A DNA stretch of 39,203 nucleotides from an uncultured Planctomycetia bacterium (lineage in GTDB: Bacteria; Omnitrophota; Gorgyraeia; JABMQH01), in contig CAYQVM010000001.1 of the NCBI GenBank assembly GCA_964421145.1, forward strand, positions 6,108 through 45,310, in the 5' to 3' direction. Shown here piece after piece: positions 38,866-39,203 of this stretch (its first letter is position 1; each line of letters opens with the position of its first letter). The translations under genes and the position numbers were made by a program. The notes beneath the pieces are model-generated. The model made no database searches. It was not told the origin of the DNA and saw only the letters and a list, made by a program, of their open reading frames with translations.

Positions 38866-39203
38866 CTATGCCGTCCAATTATATGATTCGTAATCAGCGG
38901 TGGGACAAACTAACGCTATGGGCGCTGATTCTGGCTGGCGCTCCAAAATAAGCTGATCTTCTTCAATAGAAAAGGCCAATTTAAAACTTTGCCCTTGCTT
39001 AAGGCCTATGTCTTTAAACTCTACGGCCAACTCCAACACCTTTACATAGGCTATATCCGTTATCTCTTTTGCCGCCTTCCAATCACCCTGTCCGGCCCTT
39101 TTAAAAATAACAGCCCTTAGCTTCTTTTGAGTGCTTAATATAAGCGGCGCCTCTATCCTGATTTCGGGAGAAGGCACCTTGGAAATAATTAATTTTAATC
39201 TGT
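38866..39203 (-). CDS. C-terminal fragment of a larger protein (frame stays open to the window edge), possibly the C-terminal beta-domain of a GH57-type glycoside hydrolase
   Basis: The frame remains open upstream of the track's GTG at 39177 through 39203. The GH57/DUF1926 similarity is a weak impression only. Confidence 0.35.
   Translation of the reverse strand, partial: RLKLIISKVPSPEIRIEAPLILSTQKKLRAVIFKRAGQGDWKAAKEITDIAYVKVLELAVEFKDIGLKQGQSFKLAFSIEEDQLILERQPESAPIALVCPTADYESYNWTA

Overview
This 39.2-kb window is a gene-dense bacterial chromosomal segment with about 57 CDS, 2 tRNAs, and no rRNA, CRISPR array, transposase or integrase. I cannot place the organism. The mix of many single-domain PilZ proteins, HD-GYP enzymes, a small basic protein, TIGR04073-like exported proteins and PolX suggests an uncultivated PVC/Omnitrophota-like anaerobe, but that is a guess.

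Housekeeping genes include pfk, gmhA plus a heptose adenylyltransferase, thiC, aroB, cspA, tRNA-Gly(CCC) and tRNA-Arg(CCG). Repair and nuclease genes include two UvrD-type helicases (one fused to a Cas4/AddB-like nuclease), PolX-PHP, an EndoIII-like protein, a thermonuclease, a NUDIX hydrolase and a dGTPase-like HD protein. Envelope genes include two M23 peptidases, a SPOR protein, an M48 protease, an AsmA/DUF748-like protein and an ExeA/GspB-like pair.

Four things stand out:
1. c-di-GMP signalling is very dense. There are six PilZ domains (one fused to STAS, one membrane-anchored inside a tight four-gene operon), two HD-GYP proteins, and a decorated GEMM-I-like riboswitch at 26572-26767 with its own promoter and terminator. 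The riboswitch sits upstream of an operon encoding a ParA/MinD-type ATPase fused to a CBM48 glycogen-binding module.
2. A ~50-nt palindromic element occurs four times (15.4, 21.4, 21.65 and 37.85 kb), always in the same orientation relative to transcription. It shows a compensatory double substitution in the stem. In three copies its 3' arm, AGGAGGGGCUGGGUG, supplies the Shine-Dalgarno and the GUG start of the downstream gene.
3. A ~80-nt two-hairpin 5' leader motif occurs three times (10.3, 12.2 and 32.3 kb) with covariation in both stems. It ends in AAAAUGGGAGG just before the start codon.
4. Smaller oddities include a (ATGGTCT)x4 repeat at a lipoprotein start, a 14-bp perfect inverted repeat burying the RBS of a PfkB kinase, and divergent promoters sharing a palindromic -35.

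All functional calls come from motif recognition by eye. No database search was run.
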